DNA from: Phaeosaccion multiseriatum | Taxonomy: Eukaryota > Protista > Ochrophyta, other classes | Length of the DNA stretch: 64,000 nucleotides | Direction: 5' to 3' | Assembly (NCBI GenBank): GCA_965112735.1 | Contig: OZ218958.1 | Coordinates: forward strand, 1,922,001-1,986,000 | Part shown: positions 34,201-50,129 of the stretch, one piece after another | Position numbering within the stretch: position 1 is the first letter of the stretch | Layout of the letters: the number at the start of each line of letters is the position of its first letter | Notes under the pieces: generated by a model | What the model saw: only the letters and a program-made list of their open reading frames with translations | Told to the model about the DNA's origin: nothing | Databases searched by the model: none | Translations under genes and position numbers: made by a program

Positions 34201-36247
34201 TAAAGGAGGGAGGTGGAGGGGCATCAAAGAGGTGGAGGAAGGAAGGGAAAGCCAAGGAGGAGGAGGAGGAGGAGGAGGAGGAGGAGGAGGAGGAGGAGGA
34301 GGAGGAGAAGGAGAAGGAGGAGGAGGAGGAGAAGGAGAAGGAGGAGGAGGAGGAGGAGGAGGAGGAGGAGGAGGAGGAGGAGGAGGAGGAGGAGGAGGAG
34401 GAAGAGGAGGAGGAGGAGGAGGAGGAGGAGGAGGAAGAGGAGGAGGAGGAGGAGGAGGAGGAACAGCAGCAGCAGGAGGAGGAGGAGGAGGAGGAGGAGG
34501 AGGAGGAGGAGGAGGAGGAGGAGGAGGAGGAGGAGGAGGAGGAGGAGGAGGAGGAAGAGGAAGAAGGGGGAGGAGGAGCCTTCCCTCTATCATTGGCACC
34601 CGCCCATCTCCATCTCTACCCCGGCCCCAACCTGTCCCAACCTGTGCCCACCTGCAGAGCCGGGAGGGCGGCGAGCTTCTGTAAGCACTTGAAGTCATGC
34701 ACAGGGTTTCCCGCCATATTGAGGCTTTGCAGATGCACCAGAGACCCCAGGCCTTCCACCTGAGGAAGGAGGAGGAGCAGATAGGAAGCAGAAGAGACCA
34801 AGGCGTAGGTGAGAACAGTCAGGGAGATGGGACGAATGGGCCTTAGTTAGACACAGGAGGGGGGGTTGTAGGAGGGAAACTTGGCAGATAAACAGCTGCC
34901 TCTTCCTTCTTTCTCACGGGAGTAAGGAAGACAAGAGCAGCAGTGATCCAGTGAGCCGCAGCTCCTTTTCCCCTGTAGTCTTCCTCTCCCTCTCCCTCCC
35001 TACGATACCTTGGGAATGTTGTTCTCCTGCAGCCACAGCTCTCGCAAGGCTCCACAGCAGTGCAGACCCTGTATCCTGGGGATTTTGTTGGAGAACAGCC
35101 ACAGGCGCTGCAGCTTGGGGCAGCCCTCCAGACCTGCACAAACGAGGGACGAGGGAGGGATGGAGGGAGGGGGGGAGTAACCAGGGCCAGGGCCGGGAAC
35201 ACACAAACACACATGCACAGAGTGGACAGTGAGAGGTGGATCATCGAGTGAAGCGGCAGCACGCAACAGCGGCACACTCCAAGAAGGAAGAAAGGTAACC
35301 GCCTTTCCGTTGTGATAAGCGCGGCCGTGAGAGATCGAGAGGGAGAGAGACCCAAAGGGAGAGGGTGAGGGGGAGAGAGGAAGAGAGAGAGAGACGAAGA
35401 AGAAGAAAGAGAGGGCGAAAGAGAGAGAGGTGGAGAGAGAGCGCAGAGAGAGGGAGAGAGAGACCAGCGGGAGGGAGGCACAGGTGTCCTCTCAAGCCTA
35501 CCTTCAAGCTTGGTCAAGGAGTTCTGATGCAAAAACAGTTCCCTGACGTTGGGCAGACCAAGGCCCTCCATCTTCTTGAGGCCCTGTTGTCCCAGCATGT
35601 CAAGGCAAGGAGGCAGAAGGAAAGAAAGCCCAAAATGAGCCGAGGGGTAGGCCAGAGGGGGGGAGAAGAAGAGGACACGGGGAAAAGTCGCGCAGAGAGA
35701 GGTCCAGCAGAATACATGGCACATGTAAGGCGTTGCATGCGGTCACCTGATCAGACAGACACAGCCTCATGAGTGTCCTTCCCACCGGCTGCAGCCCTCC
35801 GATCCTCTTGAGGCCGGTGTCAATGAGGGTGAGGCTTCTGAGGCTTGTGAGCAGCTCGAGTCTTTGCAGCTCGTTGACGGTCACGAAGATGATCTCCAGC
35901 TCCTCCAAAGAGGATAGGTCTTCTTCTCCGGTGACCGCCGCCTACAGAGGGGGCAGAACGGTACAAGCACGAGCAGTGAAGGAGAACGGAGACGTTGGAA
36001 AACATGGGAGGACTTAAGCAAACAAGCCACATAAGGGCCTGCTGCTGCTTGCTTGCTCATTGCTTACCATAATCTGGGGAGACAAGGGAACGTGAAGAGA
36101 GGACCCTTTGGATGGGGAAGGAAGAGGAGAAGGCAGACGATTCCCTCCTTCAGCATCACCTCCACCACTACTTTTACTGGCCGTAGACGAAGCTGTGGTA
36201 GTGGAGGCTTGCACAGAGCCTGTGAGGGGGCTCGGGGAGGACACCAT
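27686..36247 (-). CDS. LRRC9-like protein: SDS22-type LRRs with LRR cap, coiled coil, PARP-fold-like segment and C-terminal coiled coil (~20 exons)
   Basis: LRR exons LRSLTLIDTGLKRIGGL, VRELFLHQNSLTKLEGLEGCPKLQRLWLFSNKIPRIQGL, LQSLNMAGNPV. Cap YRRFAICSLKQ|LRRLDG. Also ILRAYRIFNRPLAQSF and a last exon ending EDLIRNLR*. Exons between ~29000 and 30250 are uncertain. Confidence 0.72.
28156..28255. repeat. (TGAC)n microsatellite, intronic
   Basis: Direct read. Confidence 0.95.
33582..33862. repeat. Long (GGGA)n tract; (TCCC)n on the transcribed strand, intronic
   Basis: Direct read, ~280 bp. Confidence 0.95.
34255..34560. repeat. Long (GGA)n tract; (TCC)n before an acceptor on the transcribed strand
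   Basis: Direct read, ~300 bp. Confidence 0.95.
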
Positions 36248-36661
36248 TTTCTCCTCGTTAATTTTCTCTTTTATTTTCTGGTGCCATCTGTGCTGCCTAA
36301 TAGTAACCATAACGGCTCCTCCTCCCCTTCCCTTTTCCTCTTTGCTTTCCTCCTGCTTTCTTACACCTCGCCACCTTCGCTTCGACCGCAGCCCGAGAAG
36401 CGCCGGAGGCTATCCGGGAAGGGAATCCCTTCCACAATTCTTTTCTCTTTATATATATACATTGACTTGAGATCTGAATAGGGCAAGCAAAAGGTGCGTC
36501 TGGCCTCGGTGGATCACTACACAGTAATCTCACTGTGATAAATGGTCATGCAAGTACATCTATTGTGGAGGAGGTGCCTGCCCCCCTCCCCTGTCCTAAG
36601 CATGTAAATATCCCCCTGACTCCTGACTGTTGGCCATTTGGGGCTGCACTCACTAGGCGTA

Positions 36662-39600
36662 TCATGAGGTGAAGAAGGAGGAGTGGTGCGAGACTTTTGT
36701 CCTTTTCCGCTCGTTGGGGTCGTCCTCACCGCCGTCCTCGCTACTGCCCCCCCCCTGCTGGCCCCCAACCCCTGTCCCCTGCCCCCCCGGGTCCATCATG
36801 GCATGCATGGCGGAGTTGAATTGTCCCACTTGGGGAGGAGGGTGCTGGAAAAGAGAGGGGGCGTTCTGCCACGGCTGCTGCTGCTGCGGCGGCGGCGGCG
36901 GCTGGTGGTGCCGTTGTTGCTGTTGCTGTTGTTGTTGCTGCAGCTGCGGCTGCTGCTGCTGCTGGTGTAGCCGCGGCTGCTGTTGCTGTTGCGGGTGGTG
37001 CTGCTGCTGCTGGTGGTGGTGCATGCGCTGGTGGGAGTGGTGCAGCTGCAGCAGCTGTGATTGTTGTTGTTGGTGGTGGTGTTGGTGGTGTTGGTGTTGT
37101 GGTTGTGGTTGTGGTTGTGGTTGAGGTTGAGGTTGTGGTTGCTGCTGCTGCTGTTGTTGCTGCTGTTGTCGGCGGTCGCCGCCACTCACCGCCGTAGGGT
37201 TGGAGAGACCCCCGCCTCCAAGCCCTCCCGGAGATATGGTCTGAGTCGGCAAGCTTAGGGGGTTGGTGTCGTAACTCATCCGTGAGGCACTGTTACCACC
37301 GCTGTTCCCACTGCTGCCACCGCTACTGTCACTATCTCCGCTATTCCCGCTATTCCCGCCATTCCCACTGTTGCCGGCTTTCGTCGACGATGCATTTGCA
37401 AGCATAGAGCCGCCCCCCCCATGCCGCTGCTGTCCCTGCTGCTGCTGCTGCTGCAGAAACTGCGGCTGGGAAAGCTGAGGCGTGTACATGTAGGGCGGGC
37501 CGATGAGCTGAGTCCCTATCATGCCCTGCCCTCCCAGCAGCCCCATCGTCCCTGGCGGCAACCCGCCCGCCCCCATGCCAGCCGAGAGCATGCCGCCCCC
37601 GCCTGGCACGGTCAACATGCCGCCCCCTCCTTGCTGCAACATGCTCCCCTGCAGCATGCTCTGCGGCGGTATGCCCGCAAGCATTCCCCCCGGCCCCAAG
37701 CCTGCAGGCAAACCTCCCCTCGCGGCCAACCACATGACCATTTGCCTGGCGTCTAGACCGCTTATGCCGATAGTCGTCCCCAGGAGCGGGCTGTGTGCGT
37801 AACCCCCCATCATCATGCCCGGCGCTCCTCCTCCGCTGCCTACTTTGCCACCATTGTTGCCACCCATCATGAGTCCCTGACCTCCTCCACCACCCCCAGA
37901 GGGGCCAGCGCCAGCTCCTGGACCTCCCCTCCCCCCTCCAATGCCTCCTCCTCCTCCTCCGCCTCCGCCTCCTCCTCCTCCTCCTCCTCCTCCTCCTCCT
38001 CCTCCCCCTCCTCCCCCTCCTCCTCCTCCTCCCCCTCCTCCTCCTCCTCCTCCTCCTCCTCCTCCTCCTTCTCCTTCTCCCGTACCACTGCCACCGCCTT
38101 GCTCCGCGCCGATGCCCGCCTTCTTCATCCGCCGCTTCATCTCTGTGGCCGAGCGGCGCTTGTCCATGCGTTGGTAATAAAAGTCCGTGGGGGGCAGAAT
38201 CTCCACCTTTCCGTCCATCATGCCCCTCTCCAAGGTGCGCTTGTCAATCTTCCACTCGGAGAAAAGTGAGGGTTGTGAGCTGCCCTCTCCAGAATCGGAA
38301 GAGCCTCCCCCTCCTGCTTCTCCCGAGGGAGGAACAGCACCAGCACCAGCACCGGGAGGAGTAGCACAAGCATCTGCACTAGCACCAGCATCAGCAGAAG
38401 CATCAGAAGGATCAGGTGGAGGGTCGAAGAGCGTGGAGGCCATGGTAAAGACCATCCTGGTGCGGGGCGCCTTGTGGGAGATGCCCTGCTTGCCCGAGCC
38501 CGTGAATTTGAACTGGAAGGTGCGGCGCTCCTGCACGCGCAGGCCCGCGCTGACGAAGCTCAGCTTGTACGTCTTGCGGGTGGTCATGGACTCGCGCACC
38601 TGGGCCTCGTTGGGAAACACGCAAAACGCCAGCTCCAGCTTACTCGTGCCGGCCGGCACATAGAGGTACTGCCCGATGGGCACGGAGGGCGTTTCGGTCC
38701 GCACAATGGTAATGTCCACTTGCGGCCTCTCGCCCCCCGCGCTGCCCGGCTCGCTGCCGTACGTTTTGCAAGACGTGATTGTGTCGCAGTCTCTCTCCTC
38801 CAGCTGCACGATGACTCGGTGGAAGCAAAACAACAGCCGGCCGTCCCTCTTCTCCCGAAAGCTAATATTCCCCTTTGTGTTGTTGATATTGGCCACATAA
38901 CCCAGATCGCGCTCGAGGAACAGGGCCTCCTTCACGGTCACCAGCGGCAGCGTCGACAGCTGCTCCTGTGTCATGTGGCCGTTGACCGCTCTGCTACTCC
39001 TCAGAATGCTACTCCTGTCCAGCATCTCCCCCGCCGCCTGAGGCACTCGCACCGCCGGCCGAGCTCCCTGTCCTGCCGCTGCCACTTGTGCTGGTTCTGG
39101 TGCTGATGCTCGTGGTGCTGGTGCTGGTGCTGGTGCTTCTACTGCGAATGATACAGCCCCCGCCTCCCCCGCAACTCCCTCTCTTCTTTTCGGTGGCGCT
39201 GGTGCTGCTGCTGTTGGGACGTCATCTGCTGCGCCTGTGCCCACAACTGCCGTCGCTGCTGCTTGCATGGTCGAAGATCCCGAGAGCCCTGCAAAGGTAT
39301 CTCCAGTAGCAGCAAGCAGATTAGAGCCAGGAACAGAAGCAGCCGCGTACATTGATAATGCTGTTGCCGAGGGCGTAGGCTGCTCAACGGCTTGTCCATC
39401 ACCATCGAGCACCAGCGCAGCAACAGGATCAGGACCACCCTCGGCATCCCCCACGCCCATTCTCTAATGCAACCCTTGACTAGGGTATCTTCATCCTCCC
39501 CAAGCCCTCTCTGATTACACTGTAATTGCGGGCCCTCTCCAAATGCCTCTTGAGTTCTTCCTCCACACGTAGGCGGATAAATCCGTGTGCGAAAAAGACC

Positions 39601-39721
39601 ATAAAACGTGTATGCTATCCAAACGTAGGCCCCCTGATCCCCCCTTTACCGAAACGTCACTCTGTGCTGTCGTCGGCTCTTCCTTGACTTTCAAAACATC
39701 ACTTGTTGCTGGCGTGGACAT
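36662..39721 (-). CDS. Unknown protein with a ~200-aa beta-rich globular domain, basic NLS-like segment and G/M/Q/H-rich tail; putative transcription factor
   Basis: 932-aa ORF 39460-36662 plus a phase-0 upstream exon 39721-39650 (GTAAAG donor; TAG acceptor, next exon starting at 39463). Core ...KLELAFCVFP...YKLSFVSAG...TFQFKFTGSGKQGISHKAPRTRMVFTM, followed by RMDKRRSATEMKRRMKK. Confidence 0.75.
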
Positions 39722-40262
39722 TTAGTACCGCCGGAATTATAGTATTTTCGGGAAACGGGGAGGATGGGCAGTCAAGAAATGGTTGAAGGCAAGGGTACGC
39801 CGCGCCGACTGACGCTAGGGGCCTAGCGGCCCGTGCGACACGTAAGACGCCCACCCCACCGGGGTATAGCAAGAATCTAGCAGTCACAACTGTGAAAAGA
39901 GGAGGCGACGCGAGCACAGCGTCGCAAGAGTTGTAGCAAGTGCCGAAGAGCTCAGCGCGGTGAGGAAGACAGCGAAGGGGGCAACCCAGCAGTTCATCGC
40001 GTAGAAGGGGCTGGCAGCGACAGCAAAAGTTTCCCCACCCGCCCGGCCCGGGGGGACGAGTGCGATTATCGGGAATCCAACGGGGTGGATGGGAGTAAGG
40101 GCGAAGCAGACGCGTCTGCCCGCCCTGCTTTGGCACCCCCTGGAAATAGCATGTACCCCCCCTTACACAAAATAAACAAGTATAAGTATTGATTGAGTGA
40201 GTGAGCACACGAGACGAAGGCACATGGGTAGTATCGGGTGTCAGGACGCAGTGGACTGAAAA

Positions 40263-41201
40263 TCAAAGCATCATCTTCTTGACGAGTCCTTCGAAGACTC
40301 CGCCCTTGAGTCTCGACGAGAAGAAGTTTGCCACCGCCCCTTCAAAGTCTTCCGTGGTGACCAGCACCTCCCTCCGCCTCGCCGCTCTGATGGCCGCCTC
40401 GTTGCAGATGGCAGCTAATTCCGCCCCCGACGTGCCCGGAGTCGTGGCCGCCACGAGGGGCAGCAGTACCTCTGGGTCCTCTGCCAGGCTCATTTTGCGG
40501 CTGTGTATCCGCAAAATCTCAGTCCTAGGCGTATAGGGAAGGGGAACGGGGCAGGTATGAGGGAGAGGGGTGAGGGCGAGGAGGAAGGGGGTAGGGGTGA
40601 GAGTGCGGATGTGGGTGAGTGAAAGGTGTGGGGGGTGAGGGTGTGAGGGTGCGGGTGAGGGCAAAGGTGTGAGGGAGAAGGGTGAGGGTGAGGGGTGGGA
40701 GGGAAGGCGAAGGTTAAGGTCAGGGTGAGGGTGAGGGCGAACGGGTAGGGTGGGGGCAGGGCTGAGGGAAAAGGGGAGGGTGAGGGTGAGGGTGAGGGGA
40801 ATGGTCAGGAGGCAGGGTCAGTGAAAGAAGCACTCGACATATTCTGTTCAAACATGGCAGGGGAATGGATGCAAAGAACCACCCGCACAGCCCCGAATGG
40901 GAACGAGGGACTAGCCCCCCCCCTCCCCCGCTCCCCCTCACGCAAGGACATGATGCGATGTTTTACGTTGCATAACGAGGAGAGGAATGGATTGCATTGC
41001 TCGTCAGCGCTCGTTGTTCGGCATTCACCACCCCCTTGCTTGCTCACCTCCCCTGTTGGTCCGGCAGAGGGACTCTCACGATGCGATCAAAGCGCCCGGG
41101 CCTCGTCAGCGCTTCGTCGAGAATGTCGTAGCGATTTGTGGCGGCTATGCAAATGACGCCATTGTTGGACGTTTCCAACCCATCCATGCTTGCCAATAGC
41201 T

Positions 41202-41244
<43 letters not shown>

Positions 41245-43617
41245 CACTTTGCACCAGACAGAGCAAGAGCCGCGTATCTACAGCAAAATCTGATGGCACT
41301 TGCCCGCTCAAAATCCACCCCACCCCTACCCCTTCCACCAAATCTCTCTACGACCGCACTCCTCTCTCCCACCCTCTCGGGGTACGATGTAGGCCCAAGC
41401 AACTCTCTGCCACTCTTGGTGCTTCATAAGAGCCAGCATCCACGCTCTACTCTTGCTCACATCCCACAATCCACACTACCCCTTCTAACAAATCGCTTCA
41501 CGACCACACCCCTCCCTCCTACACTCTCCGGATACACAATCAAAATTACTCTGCTGCCACCCTTCTTTTGATAGTGTATGGTGTATCGAAGAGCCCCACC
41601 TGGTTGAGGGTTTGATCCGCCTCGTCATTGCCCCCCCCTCGGCGGTTGCGCTGCTTGCCCAAGGCGTCCACCTCGTCTATGAAAAGCAGGCACGGAGTGT
41701 CCTTGGCAGCTTTGGTGAAGAGCTTACGCAAGCGGGCCGCCCCGCGACCAACGTACATCTCCACAAAGTCAGAGCCTGAGCAGTAGTAGAAGGGCACGCC
41801 TTCGGTGTTGTGTGTCATTCGGAGACGGGAGGGAGGGCGCAGCAGCGAGCAGCAATAGCAACGTGAGCACCATCATCATCAGCAGCAGCAGTAGCAGCAG
41901 CAGTAGCAGCAGAGAGTACCAGCACACAAAGTACCCACACTCGGGGGCTGCGCACTATTCGAACGAGCACATCACAACGCCCGGTCAGATGGGCACGCAC
42001 GACCATAACCACATGATGGCTCCACTCCTCTTACCCGCCTCTGCAGCCATGACCCTCGCCAGAAGCGTCTTGCCCGTCCCCGGGGGCCCCACCATCATGA
42101 GCCCGCTGGGCAAGCGAGCACCGGCGTCCAGATACGGGGTTGGGTCTCGCAGAATGCTCACTACCTCCCGGACTTCCTCCTGCTCGATAAAAGCGGGCGG
42201 TGGGGAGAGATGAGGCAGGCGACTAAAGTTAAGCTCAAAAAATGACCGAGACCGAGGGGGGGGGAGGACAGGGCGGGGCAGGGAGAGGCAGAGAGGCAGC
42301 ACAGGGGGAGGCAGAGAGTCACGCCCACCAAGGACACCTCCTCGCCTCCTTCAACAAGGTTTTACTCCTCCTCCTCCGAGAACGTGGGTATGTATGTACG
42401 AATGCATACATACACGTGCAAGCCTGACTGACAACCCGGTCCGCCTCGCACAACCTCAGCTCCCTACCTTTGCTTGGCCAATGCCAGCCACGTCATCGAA
42501 GGTGAGCTGCGGCCCCGCCCGTGCTTGCTTGGCCTGCTTGCCCGCATTGCCTACCCCCTCGCTCATGCTCCTGCGCTGCACATAGAGCATGCCGGCGATG
42601 TACATGACGGGGAGGAGGAGCGCCAGAGAGCCAGTGATGCTGGGAGGCGCATCCTTTGCAGTGATCTTGGAGCCCCCCTTGCGTAGCTCTCGGAGTGAGT
42701 ACTCAGACAAGGCCACGGGGCGGGCAAAACTCGGCTGGCCGTCGAGCTCGAACAAAACCTGGCCACTGGGCATCACCTTCGGTTCGGAGAAAGGAGAGGG
42801 AAAGCCGGGCGGTCAATGGAACCATCCGTAAGGTGAGGGACGCAGAGGAGAGGACATCAATCGATACATTCGACACAAGCACACTCACCTCGACGTCGCC
42901 CACTCCTTTTGTTCCTTTCTCCCCTGCGCGATGGATAAACTGGGACCAGGGCACTTCCTGCCTGACCACGGTTGTGGTGTGCGCCATGGTCAAGGGCCGG
43001 ATGGCCATCATCAGGAAAAAGAAGGCGCTCGGAAATAATAGCGCGTTCTTCTTTAAGCGCTGCTTCAAAGTGAGCTTGGGCTTTCCACGTGAAGCCAGCC
43101 TGTCCGCCTGTCCCTTCTGCTGTAGCTGCTCTCGGAGCTGCTGCGCCTGGCCAGACTTGGGCCGCAAAATCATATTAACAAACAAACAAGCGTACATGAC
43201 CCGCACACGCCATTGAGTCAGGGCGGAAGTCATGGCGACGAGGAGGCGCTGTCTCCAGCCCTTGCCCTTGCCCCCGTCTGCTTCTCCCTCGCCCGGCTGT
43301 TGCTGCTGCTGCTGCTGCTGCTGTGGTGCCCCTGCTCCTCCAGCCCCCGCAGCTCCCATCTGCAGGCCCCAGGCGTCCCCATTCCGCCTTCTTCTTGAGG
43401 CTCTGCGCTTCCCATACCGAGCCTGAAGCTCTAGTGAAAGCCCTCCAATGTTTTTATCCGGCCGCGATAACAACGCAGGGCCTGCCGCGGCTCCAGCTCC
43501 TGCTGCCCCTGCTGCTCGCCTCCCTGTGGCGCCTGGTTGAGCCCACTTCCTCAGCGCCGGCACCTGCACGAAACCGAGCGAAGGCACACTGAGGAAGAGG
43601 AGGAGGAGTGCATTCAT
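40263..43617 (-). CDS. Plastid-targeted FtsH-like AAA ATPase lacking the M41 protease domain
   Basis: [43 protein letters not shown]|[38 protein letters not shown]. The stop comes ~20 aa after EDFEGAV with no HExxH. N-terminus [17 protein letters not shown] is a signal peptide plus Phe; two TM segments. Confidence 0.9.
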
Positions 43618-44172
43618 CGCCTGTCTTCAAGGGCACAAGCTCCCGCGAAACATGGCGGGGAAGAGACTTCCCATTTCCCTGTCGTGAGGTGCCATCCTTC
43701 ATCCTTACGTAAGCCCACACTCCTTCTCTTTCAATATCATCGAATCTCATGTTCGACCTTCCACGGCCTCTCCTCCATCATGTAACAAGCACACTTAGCA
43801 CGGACGCTGCAGAAGGACAAGAATCTAGCAGGAGAGGCAACAGCAGGTGAGGGGGAGTTCAGCGTTGTCCTGTGTGTGGGGGGAAAGGAGAGGGGCCAAG
43901 GGCCAAATTGGGGTGAGGAGGAAGGTCCAAGAATAAAGAGGAGAGAAAGGAATGCAATCCTGTGCATTTCCTTCCAATGTGCTGTCTGAGTGGTTTTCTA
44001 CGCCTGGGAAGAAATTTGTGGGGGGGAGAGAGGCACAGATGTCTGGGTAGGAAAACAATGACCAAGCCGTCTCTTCCCCCCAATTTCCACCCGTCTGTCC
44101 ATTCTCCTTCGTGAGGAGATAGCAGCAAGAGGAGAGAATTAGCAGCACAGGATCCGAGAGAGAGAGAGAGGG

Positions 44173-45597
44173 ATGAAAAGCAGCAGTCAAGAGGGAGGAG
44201 CACGAGCTGCACCCGTTGTTGATGCATCACCGGCAGGGCCTGCCCACAGGAGGAGGCTTTGGAGTGGACTAGTGGTTGTTGGCCTGGGCGTTCTGTTTTT
44301 CTATGTGGAGCCCCAGACCTTGTATTACGCGGCACTCATTCTCTTGCCGGAATACGCCTGGTTTTGGCTGGCCAACGCTGCTTTCGGTACGAGCGTAGTC
44401 AAGACAGTTGTGGAACCACACGGGAGCGACAGCCCTGCGCTTGTCCACTCGTCTCTCACCTCCTCTCCCTCCCACACCGCACAGGCCTCTACGCACAACG
44501 CAAGGGAGGCCGATATCCTCTCCTTCGCACGCTGAGCTTCGGAGTGTTTCTCCTTTGCTTCCTCTTGGCGCTACCCTTCAACCGCAGCTGGGATATCCTC
44601 GAGTCACCCATGCTGACAGTGGAGGACTGCGATGACATACGAGCGGCCGTCGCCAAGGCCGTGGAGGGGATCAGGTACGGCGTGGACGCGTGGGTGCATG
44701 CTTGTGGGTATAGGGGAACGCCCTTTCCATTCCAACCCGGCTTCCGTGAAACGAGTACAAGGGTGGCGTCTTGCATATCTGCTTGACTCTGTTGATCATG
44801 CCCCTAAGAGTTCGGATATAAGTATGTTACTTTTGTAGGCTTGCTGCTGCTCTAGCTCTCCCAAACCAGAGAGATGCTTACGGAGACGCACCAAATCCTT
44901 CTTCAGCAGTGTGTCTTCTAAGCGGGATTGGTGTGTCTCCATGAGTATCTCCTAATTTTGGCGTCTGTTTCCCAAGTACCCCAAACTCGAGGCATGGGCA
45001 GAATTGACCTTGTGTGTGTTCTCTGGCCTCTCCCTCCCCTCGCTTCGGGCGGACAGGATGCCCGACTGGGACGTGGACGCGACACCGTGGGACATGGCCA
45101 ACCTCCCGGACCTTCATGACAGGGTACGGGGTGTCATCCACACGCGTCTCGCTGGCTATGTTGCCGAGCGCTACCACGGAAGCGACTGCAACATTTCAGA
45201 CCTCAGTTTCATCACCTATTCAGACATTACGGTGGCAGAAGCCTACAGACCTCGACTGCAAGCAGGACACCTGTTCCTGACTATTCAGCTCTCGGACACC
45301 ACCGATTTCTCGGGGGGAGGGCAGCACCTCGCTCTCCTCGGACAGACCGTGGGGCCCTCAGGACAGGGGAGGGGGAGGCTCTTACCGGCCAAGCTTGCGC
45401 AGTCGGAGGCCCCCGTCACGGACGGAGAGCAGCACGTGCTCATAGCCGGGGTGCGGTTGGAGGCCCCCTCGCTGCTGAGGCGGGTGGAGTACAGCTTCAT
45501 GACTTGGGGACTCGTGCCCGTAGGACTCCGACTAGTCAGCAGTAAGGCTAGTTCTGGAGGGCAAGGCGACGGTGGCGACAGCGGAGGGGGGAGCTGA
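44173..45597 (+). CDS. Membrane protein with a degenerate 2OG-Fe(II) oxygenase (prolyl/lysyl-hydroxylase-like) domain
   Basis: N-terminal TM segments; LSFITY...LFLTIQLSDTTDFSGGG...GRLLPAKL...PVTDGEQHVLIAGV follows the family strand pattern. Approximate exons 44173-44386, 44485-44674, 44839-44929, 45002-45597. Confidence 0.7.
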
Positions 45598-46829
45598 GAG
45601 CTGAGGCGGGATGGATGAATGCATGGCTTCGACAGGAATAGATGGAACCCTGTCACACGCAACCGCTACTACTGCTGCTGGAAAGGCTTACCTGAGACGG
45701 GTTGGATTGAAGCCCGTCTGCACAGCGCTTGTGTTGAACTTGCTCACCCAAGCCGCTTTGTCTCCACCTGGCTACAGAGGGCAGGGGGAATGAAACAAGC
45801 GCCGCCCGACCAGCCGTGGCGACGTGAGATGGACTTGTCGCTGGCGAAAGATAGAGATCCCTTGGGGCCTCTTTCGTCGGACACTTCTCTACGAAGCGTG
45901 TGTTGCCGAGATAATCAACACAGCAGCAGTAGCAGACTCTGGATCGCTAGCCCGGGAGGACCTGGCTGGTATGCTCTGGAGAGGGCTGGGGCAGTACATA
46001 CAGTTACAGGAAAGGGGGGGGACGAATCGCTGGCGCTCTGCCTGTCAAGGCGTAGGAGGAGGGGGGGGGGGCGAGAGACACACACGTCTCTTCAGCGGAT
46101 CTTCAGCGGATGTTCAGACACACACGCCTCTGCCTTGCCACAGAGGATTGAGAGATACGCACGCGAGTCCTCCACAGAGAGAGGCATGCCTGCCCTGCCA
46201 CAGAGAGTCCAGCGGAGCACCTCGTGTAAAGGTAGTGCAGCCCGCACACAGGAGGGAGCGTTGGAGGACACGAGAGGGGGCACCACGGGGGGGAGAGGGG
46301 AACTCCACGCCCTCCTTGGGGGGTTGGGGTCTTTGTTTGTTTGTTTGATTGATTGATTGTTTGTAAGCGATGTAGCTGTTTCTCATGATTGACGTGGGTG
46401 GGGCTCTGATGATTGGTTGATTGGCCCCCCTCTAATACAGACGCTCTGTGTTGTAAGTGCAGGCATTCATGAAACGATCGATCATGTCATGCCCTGTATG
46501 GAGTCTCTCTATTACGTTATATGCTCTACATGTGCGTTCGTTTGCCCCCCACCCCCTTATGCGCCTGATGTGAGCATCGTATCGCAGTCGCTCGCGAGAG
46601 CGAAAGAAAAGAGTCCACCCCCAATACCACCACCACCAGCAACAGCAGCAACTGCAACACCCTACGGTGAGAAAGAGCAGAGCCGCGCTCGCTGTCCCGC
46701 ACCAGCAACCAAACAAGCACTGCCAAGAAACTCAAGCGAGTCAACCGAGCGACCGACCGCCTGATCAACTGCTATACTTCCACACCTTCCTTCCTCATAG
46801 ACATGGGGGTTGAATTTACCCAACTAGTC

Positions 46830-49779
<2,950 letters not shown>

Positions 49780-49957
49780 ATTCACAGCCGTCCCTCACTA
49801 TTTTCCCACAAATCTGTCTATTCGATAGGGTTTTGTGTGCGATTTAAAGAGCGGCGAACAACACAGCACACAAAGGACTTCTCAAGAGTCCGTAAGTCAA
49901 TGAAAATGTGGGATGTTTGTTCTTTCTCTCTCCCTTCTCCCTTCGTGTTCTTCTCTC

Positions 49958-50042
49958 CTGCTATCGCCTGCTATCGCCGGCGCCGGCCGGAGTGCTATCT
50001 GCTATCGCCGGCGCCAGCGCGTGCTATCTGCTATAGTCAGCG
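49958..50042 (-). promoter_or_regulatory. Clustered GGCGATAGCAGATAGCAC element (minus orientation)
   Basis: Multiple GCTATC units; 49992-50018 is the exact reverse complement of 55839-55865. Confidence 0.65.
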
Positions 50043-50129
50043 TCTGCCGTCGCGCGTGATATCAAGAATGTATTCATCAGGGGTCGAAACTACAGAAGAG
50101 AAAGGAAAAGGGCGGACCGAGCTCTGACT

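Noticed and set aside
33273-34763. Long poly-G/E/R/P and PPSL ORFs
   Set aside because: Translations of intronic (GGGA)n and (GGA)n tracts.
41338-41538. ~50-bp diverged duplication in an FtsH intron
   Set aside because: Local duplication with no element features.
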